Assembly (NCBI GenBank): GCA_963706575.1
Contig: CAVPNL010000015.1
Span: 256,001 to 320,000, forward strand
DNA length: 64,000 nt
From: an uncultured delta proteobacterium
GTDB taxonomy: Bacteria > Desulfobacterota > Desulfobacteria > Desulfobacterales > JAHEIW01
Reading direction: 5' to 3'
Made by a program: the position numbers and the translations under genes. Positions 49,113 through 58,925 of the stretch are shown piece after piece. Under the pieces are notes generated by a model that was not told the origin of the DNA, did not search any database, and was given only the letters and a program-made list of their open reading frames with translations. The stretch's first letter is position 1. Every line of letters begins with the position of its first letter.

Positions 49113-51089
49113 ATGTCAGACGAAAAAAAAGTAGTTCCTGAAAAGAAGCAGCTTGATCCCAGGGAGCTCACCACCTGCGAGGCCACCGCCAGGATGATTA
49201 CAAAGGCCCGCAATGACGGTGTCGAGCTCGCCTTTGATCGGGCGCAAAACATGAAAGCCTGCCCCATCGGGGCCGATTCGGCCTGCTGCAAGCACTGTTT
49301 CATGGGCCCCTGCCGGCTCAATTCCAAAGACCCGTACGGCAAGGTGGGGGTTTGCGGCGCCACCATCGATACCATCATGTCGCGAAACTTTGCGCGTGCC
49401 GTAGCGGCGGGTACCTCGGCGCACACAGACCACGGCATGGCCATGCTGAATTTATTTCGAGAGGTTCTGGAAGGCCACATCAAGGACTACAAGATCAAAA
49501 ACGTCCAAAAATTGGAATACGTGGCCCGGGAAATGGATATTGAGACCGAAGGCCGCGAAGTCAAAGATATCGCCCTGGATCTGTATAAAGAGCTGGAGAG
49601 GACCTATACCCAGGTAGAAGGCGAGATTCCGTTTGTCAAGCGGGTTCCGCAAAAGACCCTGGAAACCTGGCGCAAGGAAGGAATCGTGCCGCGCGGTGCC
49701 ATGCGCGAAATCATGGAGCTCATGCATCGGTCCGCCATGGGCGTCGACCAGCACTACGCCAACATCACCAAGCAGTGCAGCCGCACCGCACTGGCCGACG
49801 GCTGGGGCGGATCCATGGTGGCCACCGAGATTTCCGATATTTTATTCGGCACACCGGCGCCGATGGCAATTGAAGTGAATATGGGCGTCTTAAAGGAAGA
49901 CCAGGTCAACATTATCATTCACGGCCATGAGCCCAATCTGTTTGAATCCATGGTCGAATCGGTCGGCGAACCGACCCTGGTCCAGGCCGCCAAGGACGCC
50001 GGTGCCAGGGGAATCAACCTGGTGGGCATGTGCTGCTCGGGACTGGAAATGTTTGTGCGCCACGGAACGCCGCATGCCGGCAACTTCATGTCCACCGAAA
50101 CCATCCTGGTCACGGGCGCGGTGGATGCCATGGTGGTCGATGTGCAGTGCATCAAACAGGCGCTGGCCAAAGTGGCGGAATGCTATAATACCCAGTTGAT
50201 CACCACCAACCCGCGCGCTCGCATTGAAGGCGCAAAGCATGTCGAATTTCACGAAGACAAACCCAAAGACTGCACCGATGAAATTGTCATCCAGGCCATC
50301 GGCCGCTTTAAGAATCGGGGCGTGGAAGTGGATATCCCAAAGATTGTCAACCATGGTGTAACCGGTTTTTCACATGAGTACATCAATTACATGCTCGGCG
50401 GAACCTTCCGGGGATCCTACACACCGCTGAACGACAACATTATCAACGGCCGCATCCGCGGTGTTGCCGGTGTGGTGGGATGCAACAATCCCCGCATGAA
50501 ACAGGACTATGTCCATGTGAACCTGGTCAAAGAGTTGATCAAAAACGACGTGCTGGTGGTCCAGACCGGATGCTCGCAAATAGCGCTGGCAAAAGCCGGG
50601 CTGACAACGCCTGAAGCCGCCCATCTGGCCGGCCCCGGACTGAAAGAAGTCTGTGAGACCGTGGGCATGCCGCCGGTGCTGGGCCTGGGTGCCTGTGTGG
50701 ACAACAGCCGCATTCTGATCGCCTGCGCCGAAATGGTCAAAACCGGCGGCCTGGGTGACAGCATCGCTGATCTGCCGGTGGCCGGATGTGCACCGGAGTA
50801 TATGAGTGAGAAGGCCATCACCATCGGACAATACTTTGTGGCTTCCGGTGTGTTTACGGTCTTCGGTGTAACCTTCCCGATTGTCGAAGGCACCAAATTC
50901 CACAAGCACCTGTTTGAAGAGCTGGAGCAACTGGGGATGGGCAAGTGGGGATTTGCAACCGATCCATTTGAGATCGCCAAAATGATGATCGCTCATATCG
51001 ACAAGAAACGCAAAGCCCTGGGTATCGACAAAGCCCGCGAACGCGTCCTGATGGATATGTCCGATCGCAGGGAAATTGACGCGGCCTAA
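49113..51089 (+). CDS. cooS: Anaerobic Ni-Fe carbon monoxide dehydrogenase catalytic subunit
   Basis: CPIGADSACCKHCFMGPC, GVCG, HTDH, HGHEP, MCC, DVQC, GCNN, TGC, GACVD and EKA; GGGAGG SD. Confidence 0.95.
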   Translation: MSDEKKVVPEKKQLDPRELTTCEATARMITKARNDGVELAFDRAQNMKACPIGADSACCKHCFMGPCRLNSKDPYGKVGVCGATIDTIMSRNFARAVAAGTSAHTDHGMAMLNLFREVLEGHIKDYKIKNVQKLEYVAREMDIETEGREVKDIALDLYKELERTYTQVEGEIPFVKRVPQKTLETWRKEGIVPRGAMREIMELMHRSAMGVDQHYANITKQCSRTALADGWGGSMVATEISDILFGTPAPMAIEVNMGVLKEDQVNIIIHGHEPNLFESMVESVGEPTLVQAAKDAGARGINLVGMCCSGLEMFVRHGTPHAGNFMSTETILVTGAVDAMVVDVQCIKQALAKVAECYNTQLITTNPRARIEGAKHVEFHEDKPKDCTDEIVIQAIGRFKNRGVEVDIPKIVNHGVTGFSHEYINYMLGGTFRGSYTPLNDNIINGRIRGVAGVVGCNNPRMKQDYVHVNLVKELIKNDVLVVQTGCSQIALAKAGLTTPEAAHLAGPGLKEVCETVGMPPVLGLGACVDNSRILIACAEMVKTGGLGDSIADLPVAGCAPEYMSEKAITIGQYFVASGVFTVFGVTFPIVEGTKFHKHLFEELEQLGMGKWGFATDPFEIAKMMIAHIDKKRKALGIDKARERVLMDMSDRREIDAA

Positions 51090-51111
51090 ATCCAACAGCC
51101 GCTAATCATAT

Positions 51112-51147
51112 AAAAATGGGGCCCCAACTCGGGCCCCATTTTTTTTT
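51112..51147 (+). terminator. Intrinsic (probably bidirectional) terminator after cooS
   Basis: AAAAATGGGGCCC-CAACTC-GGGCCCCATTTTTTTTT. Confidence 0.9.
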
Positions 51148-51157
51148 GCGCTCACCT

Positions 51158-51303
51158 TAGAACCCATCTCAAAAATAGGATTTTGGTTCAAGATCGCGGC
51201 GGGGCCGAGCTTTAAACCGCAGGCATACTGTTGTATGTTGAGGATTTAAAGCGAGGCACCAACAAAGATATTGGGCCAAAAGACATTTTTGAGATGGGTT
51301 CTA
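51158..51303. mobile_element. 146-bp MITE, copy 1
   Basis: Perfect 19-bp terminal inverted repeat TAGAACCCATCTCAAAAAT including the flanking TA; second copy at 54560. Confidence 0.88.
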
Positions 51304-51524
51304 TAAATTTGGCAGCATAGCCCAAGAATTTTAAAAGGTTTTAAAATTGCCCCTTCATGGATCATGGATGACATCCATACTTGATACGATGTGTTTATTG
51401 AATTATAGAATACTCTCAAAGGCATTTTAAAATCCGATTGTTATAATTACTAAAGGATGCAAAGAGAGCACAAACTCAATTCCAGCCTTAATATGAATGC
51501 TTCAGAAAACAAATAGGATTCGCC

Positions 51525-52673
51525 ATGTCAATTTCACTTTATTCAGGTCCGTTGAACCCGGTAGAAGAACATTTTATTGATAAGGCCAAATTGTTTGCAG
51601 AAGAACACCTAAAACCCTATGCAGAGCATTGGGAGCAAACCAAACAACAGCCCGAAAAAACGCTTCGGATGGCCATTTCCCAATTCGCCGGTATTCGGAT
51701 ACCAAAAGAGCTTGGCGGGCACGGGGAATCGATGGCCACCATTGGACGCGTCTATGAAGAGTTGGCTAAGGTCGATATCGGGTTTGCCTGTGCCCTGGCC
51801 GTTCATAATATCGTGACGATTGCGGCCTCTCTTATCGGGAACACATCGCTTCGCGACCGATACCTGGACAAGCTGATGTCCGGTGAAGCCATCGGGGCGT
51901 TTCTATTGACCGAACCCGATATAGGATCGGACGCTACTTCCATTCAAACGCTGGCGACCGAGAAAAACGATAAATACATCATCAATGGAAGCAAAGCCTG
52001 GGTCACAAACGGAGTAAATGCAGACCTTTTAGCCGTTTTTGCTCAGACCGTCCCGGGGTCGTCGGCAAAGGGAATCGCCGGTTTTGTGATCAGGCCGGAC
52101 ATGCCGGGTGTTTCGGCAAAACCAGCTTACCACATGCTGGGCAATCATGCCATGGGGGTTAATGAGTTTAAATTTTCCAATTGTACTGCTGAGGCCGAAT
52201 TGATGGTATTTGCCCCGGGTGCGGGTTTTAAAGCGGCGATGTACGGAATCAACGTGGCGCGTTTCGGAGTTGCCGCTATGTGTAACGGTGCGCTTGAAGG
52301 CGGTTTAAACACGGCCGTGGATTATGCCAAAAAACGAGAAGCCTTCGGTCGCCCGATCATCAACCATCAGGGTCTCCAGTGGCAACTTGCGGAAGTCGCC
52401 ACACAACTCGAGGCAAGCCGAATGTTGACCTATCGCGCGGCGGAAATCATCGATAAAGGAGAAAATGTCACCGTTATGGCCGCCCATGCAAAGAAATTTG
52501 CGACACGCGCCGCTTTTGAGGGCCTCAGTACGGCAATGCAGGTCATGGGAGCTAATGGTCTTTTGAGAGAAAATCCATTGGCCCGGCAGATGTCCGGCGC
52601 AAGAGTAACATACTATATGGACGGGACAACCGAGATTCAAAACGTAGTCATCGGCCGTTCTCTACTAGCATAA
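51525..52673 (+). CDS. Acyl-CoA dehydrogenase
   Basis: LTEPDIGSD, NGSKAWVTNG, REAFGRPI, QVMGANG and YMDGTTEIQ. Confidence 0.92.
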   Translation: MSISLYSGPLNPVEEHFIDKAKLFAEEHLKPYAEHWEQTKQQPEKTLRMAISQFAGIRIPKELGGHGESMATIGRVYEELAKVDIGFACALAVHNIVTIAASLIGNTSLRDRYLDKLMSGEAIGAFLLTEPDIGSDATSIQTLATEKNDKYIINGSKAWVTNGVNADLLAVFAQTVPGSSAKGIAGFVIRPDMPGVSAKPAYHMLGNHAMGVNEFKFSNCTAEAELMVFAPGAGFKAAMYGINVARFGVAAMCNGALEGGLNTAVDYAKKREAFGRPIINHQGLQWQLAEVATQLEASRMLTYRAAEIIDKGENVTVMAAHAKKFATRAAFEGLSTAMQVMGANGLLRENPLARQMSGARVTYYMDGTTEIQNVVIGRSLLA

Positions 52674-52701
52674 TGTTTTTTAATATGGAAAGGACTGTTT
52701 T

Positions 52702-53700
52702 TTGGATCGCACGGCCCACCCCACCATAATCGTTCTGTTTTCCGTACTCTTGATTGCCCTCGGTACGGCTGGATATATGTGGATCGAGAAATGGACGATG
52801 CTGGATGCGCTTTACATGACGGTGATCACCGTATCCACGATCGGATATGGCGAGGTCCATGCCGTCAGCCCGCAAGGGCGTATTTTTACATTGGTTCTGA
52901 TTGTTTTGGGGGTCGGCTTTTTTCTCTACGTAATTGGCAACGTCGTACAATTTTTGGTGGAAGGACGTATCCGCCTGGTTTTAGGGAGGCACAAATTGGA
53001 CAAGCACATAAACCAGTTAAATAATCATTATATTGTCTGCGGGTATGGCAGGATGGGGCGCGCCCTTTGCCGATACCTCACCCAGAAGCACCTCAGGTTT
53101 GTGGCCATCGAGAAAAATGTCGATCGCATCCCGATCATGAATGAAGACGGCATTCTTTATATTGCCGGAGAAGCGACGGCAGAAGAAAACTTGATGAAGG
53201 CCGGGATCAAAAACGCATCGAACCTGATCACAGCCCTGGGTACGGATGCCGACAACGTTTTCCTCGTCTTGCTTGCCAAAGGCTTGAATCCGGATCTATA
53301 CGTGGTGGCCCGGGCAAGCCAGAACGCCTCTAAAAAGCCGCTATATACCGCCGGGGCGGATGTCGTTGTATCACCATTCGATGTCGGCGCCAGAAGAATG
53401 GCGCATGCCGTGCTGCGCCCGAATGTCATCCGCTTCCTGGAATTCGCTTTTGCAGATGAAAGCACCGACATTCATATTGAGGAAATTACCATCGCCGCAG
53501 CTTCGCAACTTGTTGATGTCAGCCTGAAGGAATCAGGAATCCGCCAGAATTATGACCTGAACATACTGTCCATCGTCAACGCGGACGGCACCATGGTTTT
53601 CAACCCATCGGCCACTACCCAAATTAGTGCAGGCGGGTCAATCATCGCGGTTGGCAGCAGTGAAAGCTTGGTGCGATTGGAAAAAGTCTTAAATCCTTAG
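52702..53700 (+). CDS. Potassium channel with RCK (TrkA-N/C) domains
   Basis: STIGYG selectivity filter and IVCGYGRMG. Confidence 0.92.
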   Translation: MDRTAHPTIIVLFSVLLIALGTAGYMWIEKWTMLDALYMTVITVSTIGYGEVHAVSPQGRIFTLVLIVLGVGFFLYVIGNVVQFLVEGRIRLVLGRHKLDKHINQLNNHYIVCGYGRMGRALCRYLTQKHLRFVAIEKNVDRIPIMNEDGILYIAGEATAEENLMKAGIKNASNLITALGTDADNVFLVLLAKGLNPDLYVVARASQNASKKPLYTAGADVVVSPFDVGARRMAHAVLRPNVIRFLEFAFADESTDIHIEEITIAAASQLVDVSLKESGIRQNYDLNILSIVNADGTMVFNPSATTQISAGGSIIAVGSSESLVRLEKVLNP

Positions 53701-53753
53701 CAAAGTTCCAACTTTTGCAAAGGATGCATTTATTCAACAAAAAAGATCTCAAA

Positions 53754-54044
53754 TTACCCCCCCACGATCGGGGGAAACAGTGAGACGTCATCGCCCTCCT
53801 GCAATGGGGTGTTTAATTTCTGCGGAATGTGGGAATAATGGCGACCGTTGATTAAGATTCGAATATGTTGATTGAGACCCTTTCCGGTTTCATCGAAGAC
53901 CATCTGCGAAAAGCGGTCGCCAAACATATACGATAATTCATTTAGCAGTTCAATCAGGGTCAGACTGCCAATTTCGAGCTCCAGCGCAGACTGATCGCCC
54001 ATCACGTCTCGCAGGGTCAGAAAACTTCTGATGGTAATTTTCAT
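53754..54044 (-). CDS. moaD: MoaD/ThiS-like sulfur carrier
   Basis: ILINGR and C-terminal FPPIVGG. Confidence 0.85.
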   Translation of the reverse strand: MKITIRSFLTLRDVMGDQSALELEIGSLTLIELLNELSYMFGDRFSQMVFDETGKGLNQHIRILINGRHYSHIPQKLNTPLQEGDDVSLFPPIVGG

Positions 54045-54538
54045 TACACGCCCAGTTCGGCTCTAAATTCTTTAAAATTGGCCCGGTAGGCTGCCAGCTC
54101 TTCTGCGGACATTTCGTCCGGAAACTGCAGATCCACCTGGGTCAGCAAGTCCACAACCGTATTGGCATGCGGCGCAACCCCCAAAACACCCACCTTGCTG
54201 CCATGCTCCAGCTTTATCTTGCCCAGCATAAAATCCGTCACAAATTTGCTTTGCTTGCGCAAAATCTTCTTCCACTCCTGGGGCGTGGCGGCAATGACAT
54301 ATTCAGCTTCTTTGAGTGCGTCCGTTTCGGAGAAAAAAGCGATTTTGGTCAGTTCGCCTTTGTCGACAAACATACCGAAGATGATATCCTGATCAATTCC
54401 CCAAGCGGGTTCCGCCCGCACCCGATAGCACATTTTAGCGGATAGTTTTTTGAGTTTTTCCCGATATTCGGGATTGGATTGAAAACTCTTTTTACTTTCT
54501 TCAAGCCATTGCGGTGTGCAATATTGACAAGCCGCCAT
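54044..54538 (-). CDS. SCP2 sterol-carrier-like lipid-binding protein
   Basis: GGAGGTG SD before ATG 54538; YCTPQWL, AEYVIAATPQEWKKI and FMLGKIKLEHG resemble the SCP2 fold. Confidence 0.65.
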   Translation of the reverse strand: MAACQYCTPQWLEESKKSFQSNPEYREKLKKLSAKMCYRVRAEPAWGIDQDIIFGMFVDKGELTKIAFFSETDALKEAEYVIAATPQEWKKILRKQSKFVTDFMLGKIKLEHGSKVGVLGVAPHANTVVDLLTQVDLQFPDEMSAEELAAYRANFKEFRAELGV

Positions 54539-54559
54539 GATGACACCTCCTCGGTTTTT

Positions 54560-54753
54560 TAGAACCCATCTCAAAAATAGGATTTTGGTTCAAGATCGCG
54601 GCGGGGCCGAGCTTTCCAGCGTTGCTGGACTTCCCGCCTGATTAAATCCTCTTTGTGAGTCGTAAACCGCAGGCATACTGTTGTATGTTGAGGATTTAAA
54701 GCGAGGCACCAACAAAGATATTGGGCCAAAAGACATTTTTGAGATGCGTTCTG
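54560..54753. mobile_element. MITE copy 2 with a 48-bp internal insert (54616-54663)
   Basis: Matches 51158-51303 except for the insert and two changes at the right end. Confidence 0.88.
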
Positions 54754-54767
54754 GTTAGGGTTATCCC

Positions 54768-56459
54768 CTATCCGCTGTATTGACCGGATGCTTTGAATTT
54801 CTCCAGCGCCTCTTCACGCAGGACTTTTTTAAACAGCTTCTCGGTTACCGTCATGGGCATGGTTTCCCTGAATTCAACATATTTCGGCACCGCATAGGGC
54901 GCCAGCTCCTGGCGGCAGAAATCGCGGATTTCCTCCGCGGTGACCTTATCCTGAAAGCCGTCCTTTAGTTGAATCACTGCCATGACGCGTTCGCTGCCGG
55001 GCGTTTTGGGATCGGGAACCCCGATGGCCGCCGCCATATGAACGGCCGGGTGTTTGTAAAGGACTTCATCGACCGTGGTGGTATAGACCTTCATCCCGGA
55101 GACATTGACCATGTCCTTGACTCTGTCACTGAGGTGGAAATACCCGTCTTCGTCCATGACGGCGATGTCACCGGTGTGTAGCCAACCGTCATTGGTCAGG
55201 CCGGAACCGGGTTCGGGCCAATAGCCTTTCATAATCTGCGGCCCTCTGACGACAACTTCACCCGGTTCTCCAAACGGCACTTCCTGACCGCTATCCGAGT
55301 CCAGCAGCTTGCACTCGGTGTCCGGGGATGGAATCCCCATTCCGCTTTTCTCTTTGGGAATAAAACCGGTGACCTTGGAAAACGGTGAGATGTTGAAATG
55401 CGTTAAGGGCGACGTCTCCGTTAATCCGTACCCTTCCGAGACGGGTGTGCCGATTTCCTTTTTAATGGCTTCGGCTATTTCCCTGGGCAGCGGGGCTGCA
55501 CCGCAAATGGGGATCACATTCATCTTGCCGACGTTGGCCTGCACAATCCGCATTAACTGGGTCGGCACCGTGGGAATCATGAAAGGGCGATATTTCTTGA
55601 TATACTCGACCAGGGTGTCCGTGTCTCTCGGGTCCGGCATTAAAATCACCCGCAACCCCAGACTGGCTGCCGCCTGGTGGGTATAAAGACCGTAGGCATG
55701 AAAGAGCGGAACGGGTAGAAACACCGAAGCCTTTCCGGCCAGGCCGCGCAACATCGGCTTGAGCATCCAGGGAAACCCCTGCAATATACAGCTGTAGCGA
55801 TTGAAGTGCGTCACCATAACCCCTTTGGGCAGGCCGGTCGCGCCCCCGGTAAAGGCCAGCTCGCACAGGTCTTCTTTGGGATCTATGTTCACCGGTGTGG
55901 TCAGCGCTTCGTTCTCTTCAATCAGCTTTCGGAATTCATGGCAGCTCTGCGGCAAACTGCTCGAGACGTCCTGGATGTCGTAACCCGCGGTTGAGGTGAC
56001 AATGATATGCTCGATCTCACAGCGATCCTTTACCCCCAGAACCCGCTCGAGATGCTCTTGTCGGCAGATCACCACCCGGCTGCCGGAACTGCCCGCCTCG
56101 TGAACCAGTCCGTCATCGGTCCGCAAAATACTGGTAGGTACCAATGCCGCGCCTGCCTTCTTAATGGCCCAGTCGCTGATGATAAACTCGGGGCAATTGG
56201 GCAAAAAGACGCATACCCGATCTCCCTTTTGCACGCCCAACCCCTGCAGGGCTGTTGCCAGTTTTTCGGACAGCAGCTTCAGCTCCCGGTATTTTATTTT
56301 GCGGTCCAGATAAAGAATTGCCGTTTGGCCGGGGTGTTTTTCAGCGGCATCGTCCAGGGCTTTATAGACCGGCTCCTCCGGGTAGGGCGCCAGGCTGTGG
56401 TCAAGCTTATAGGGCCCCAGTTTATAACTTTTCAGCCAGGGTTTGTCGGCGTAAGTCAT
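54768..56459 (-). CDS. Long-chain acyl-CoA synthetase-like AMP-binding enzyme
   Basis: FTGGATGLPKG, EGYGLTE, RGPQIMKGYW, TGD and DRVKD. Confidence 0.92.
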   Translation of the reverse strand: MTYADKPWLKSYKLGPYKLDHSLAPYPEEPVYKALDDAAEKHPGQTAILYLDRKIKYRELKLLSEKLATALQGLGVQKGDRVCVFLPNCPEFIISDWAIKKAGAALVPTSILRTDDGLVHEAGSSGSRVVICRQEHLERVLGVKDRCEIEHIIVTSTAGYDIQDVSSSLPQSCHEFRKLIEENEALTTPVNIDPKEDLCELAFTGGATGLPKGVMVTHFNRYSCILQGFPWMLKPMLRGLAGKASVFLPVPLFHAYGLYTHQAAASLGLRVILMPDPRDTDTLVEYIKKYRPFMIPTVPTQLMRIVQANVGKMNVIPICGAAPLPREIAEAIKKEIGTPVSEGYGLTETSPLTHFNISPFSKVTGFIPKEKSGMGIPSPDTECKLLDSDSGQEVPFGEPGEVVVRGPQIMKGYWPEPGSGLTNDGWLHTGDIAVMDEDGYFHLSDRVKDMVNVSGMKVYTTTVDEVLYKHPAVHMAAAIGVPDPKTPGSERVMAVIQLKDGFQDKVTAEEIRDFCRQELAPYAVPKYVEFRETMPMTVTEKLFKKVLREEALEKFKASGQYSG

Positions 56460-56482
56460 TTTGACACCTCAAATAGTCTAAT

Positions 56483-56723
56483 AGCTATTTTAAAATACAT
56501 CAACGCAAGTGCGCTAAAGTAAGAAGTGAGCTAAAGTGACGAATTTTTTACAAGTGAGAAGTGAACTAAAGTGAATAGAGTGCCTAAAGTTGAGGAATTC
56601 TGTCATATATATAAAAAGATGGAGCATAGCGACACCACAACTTTAGTCACTTCCAACTTTAGTTCACTTTAGTCACTTTTTTTGTGCTTTGTCCCTAAAA
56701 AATTGATCTGCTTTTGGATAGCT
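56483..56723 (+). repeat. Family B repeat copy 2 (56507-56678) inside an imperfect inverted-repeat shell
   Basis: Core GGAATTCT...AAAAAGATGGAGCATAGCGACACCA. Shell AGCTATTTTAAAATACATCAA versus right-end reverse complement AGCTATCCAAAAGCAGATCAA. Confidence 0.85.
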
Positions 56724-56754
56724 CCAATGAGCAAAAAGGAGCACACCCGGACTT

Positions 56755-58629
56755 CTATCCCCACAAATCGGCTTTCAGGTCTACCAGATCCAACTCGGCC
56801 AATTTTTCAGCAGTGGGCTTGCCGGTTTCCTTATCCCAGCCGCGCATTTCATAATAGGCATCCTTAAGTATCTCCAGGGTATCTTTATCGATCACCATAC
56901 CTTTGGCCGGTCCTTCCGGCAGGGGGTCTTCCATCAGCCGTCCGGGAAGCGTGTCGTGTTCGCGCCTGATGCCTTCGCGAACGCAAAAGGCCCGCATGAG
57001 GTTGTAGATCCTCTCCCCGCTTTTTCTGAAATCTGCCACGCCGAACTCCCATCCGGTGGCATGGGATATCAACTGCACATAGTCCTCGGCCGGCAGCAGG
57101 ATCCCCATAAACTTGCAGGCGCCGATACAGTCGAACATCGTCAGTGCATTTTCCAGATCGATGACGACTTTGGCCTCTGCGGGATTGGCCACAAACGGAT
57201 CCTCAATCGTGCTGTCCTCAACCAGTAGAAAGGGCACGTCGATGAAAGTCGGTCCCTGGACATAGGCCGTGATGTGGTCACCGCCGCGGTTGGCGGTGAC
57301 ATAGCTCAGTCCGGTAATTTTTGCAGCCCGCGGATCATAGGCGGGAAGTTCGAGCCCCTTGACATGCATGGCAAAATGGGCCGAACCCTGACCCAACTTT
57401 TGCGACATCGCCCTGGAACCTTCGGCCAGCAGATCACCAATACCTTCCCGTCTGGCGATTTTATCGATCAGGCTGACCACCAGCTCGCCGTCGCCAAATT
57501 TAAGCGCCAGGCCACCGGTTTGTTCATCGGTGAGGATTCCTTTTTCATAACACTCCATGGCAAAGGCAATGGTTGAGCCGGCGGTGATGGTATCCAGGCC
57601 ATATTCATTGCAAAGATAATTAGCCATGGTAATCGCGTTCATATCGGCCACATTGCACTGGGCCCCAAGGGTGTTGGTGGTTTCGTATTCCGGCCCCTCA
57701 CCCGAGCGGCCCGCCCATTGGCCCTCGCGAATTTCGGTTCCCCGGCCACAGGAAATCGGGCAGGCAAAACAGTTCACCCCTTTTACGAAAACTTTTTCCG
57801 TCAATGCCTGGGCGCTGACTTCATCAATCTGCTCAAAAACACCCTGCTGCCAGTTGCGGCTCGGATAGCCGCCGCGGGCATTGACCATATCAGAGACCAT
57901 ATTGGTACCGAAGGCTTCAAAGCCCACTTTGAGCATGGACTCCCCCAGCAAATCAAACTGTTTTTTGGCAACTTCTTTGAAGGTCTCTGCGTTTGCCAGT
58001 TTTATGGGTAGATTACCGCCACAGGCAATTGCTTTTACATTTTTGGCTCCCATCACCGCCCCCAGGCCGCAACGGCCGGCGGCGCGGTGCTTGTTGTTCA
58101 TAATTGCGGCATAACGCACCCGGTTTTCGCCACCGGGCCCGATCGAAGCGATCGTTAATTTCTGGTCGGCGTCCTGTTGAATATTGTCCTCGGTCTGCGG
58201 CACGGTCTTGCCCCAGAGTCCGCCGGCATCGCACAATTCGGCCCGGCCATCGATAATCCTCAGATATACCGGTTTCGGGGAGATGTCCTCAAAAATGATG
58301 CCGTCAAACCCGCTGCGTTTCAGGGCCGGCCCGAAACTGCCGCCCGAGTTGCCATGACCCCAGATTCCGGTCAGGGGGGATTTGGCAACCACTGAATAGC
58401 GCGCGGCACTGGCGGAAAGGGTTCCGGTCAGTGGCCCGGTCATGAATATCAATTTGTTTTCCGGCCCCAGGGGGTCTGCACCCGCCGGCACTTCATCATA
58501 TAAATAGCGCGTCGCCAGGCCGGCACCGCCAATAAACTTCTGGGCCCAATCCTGCCGCAGGTTTTCTTCTTCGATTCGGCCTTGCGCCAAATTGACCCTT
58601 AAAATTTTCCCCATATATCCATTGGCCAT
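56755..58629 (-). CDS. aor: Tungsten-containing aldehyde:ferredoxin oxidoreductase family protein
   Basis: KSPLTG, AAGRCGLGAVMGAK, CFACPISC, GPEYET, GLDTI, AYDPR and DCIGACKF. Confidence 0.93.
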   Translation of the reverse strand: MANGYMGKILRVNLAQGRIEEENLRQDWAQKFIGGAGLATRYLYDEVPAGADPLGPENKLIFMTGPLTGTLSASAARYSVVAKSPLTGIWGHGNSGGSFGPALKRSGFDGIIFEDISPKPVYLRIIDGRAELCDAGGLWGKTVPQTEDNIQQDADQKLTIASIGPGGENRVRYAAIMNNKHRAAGRCGLGAVMGAKNVKAIACGGNLPIKLANAETFKEVAKKQFDLLGESMLKVGFEAFGTNMVSDMVNARGGYPSRNWQQGVFEQIDEVSAQALTEKVFVKGVNCFACPISCGRGTEIREGQWAGRSGEGPEYETTNTLGAQCNVADMNAITMANYLCNEYGLDTITAGSTIAFAMECYEKGILTDEQTGGLALKFGDGELVVSLIDKIARREGIGDLLAEGSRAMSQKLGQGSAHFAMHVKGLELPAYDPRAAKITGLSYVTANRGGDHITAYVQGPTFIDVPFLLVEDSTIEDPFVANPAEAKVVIDLENALTMFDCIGACKFMGILLPAEDYVQLISHATGWEFGVADFRKSGERIYNLMRAFCVREGIRREHDTLPGRLMEDPLPEGPAKGMVIDKDTLEILKDAYYEMRGWDKETGKPTAEKLAELDLVDLKADLWG

Positions 58630-58925
58630 GGCTGACCCCTCCTTTCTTTACATCTTTTCATTGTGTCACCTGACTTTAGCTATACCTGTCAAAGGGTTAA
58701 GGCAACCATTTTTTTCCTGGTAGCATTCATCCGATCTTCGATATGCAGCTAACCCATGATATTCATCGTGACATAAAATCCTATTCTTGCTAAATAGATG
58801 CCTATAGGTGGATCCAGCCATTTATTATACGGATTGACATTAAAATTCAGTCATTAATCAAGCACGTTTATACTAATGAAAGATTGTTGGCAAAGCAGCT
58901 TTTTAGAAAGAAGAGAGTCAAAAAT

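Noticed and set aside
51158..54753. Composite transposon bounded by the two MITEs
   Set aside because: The interval would cut the AOR operon in half, and no distinctive outer target duplication beyond TA is visible.
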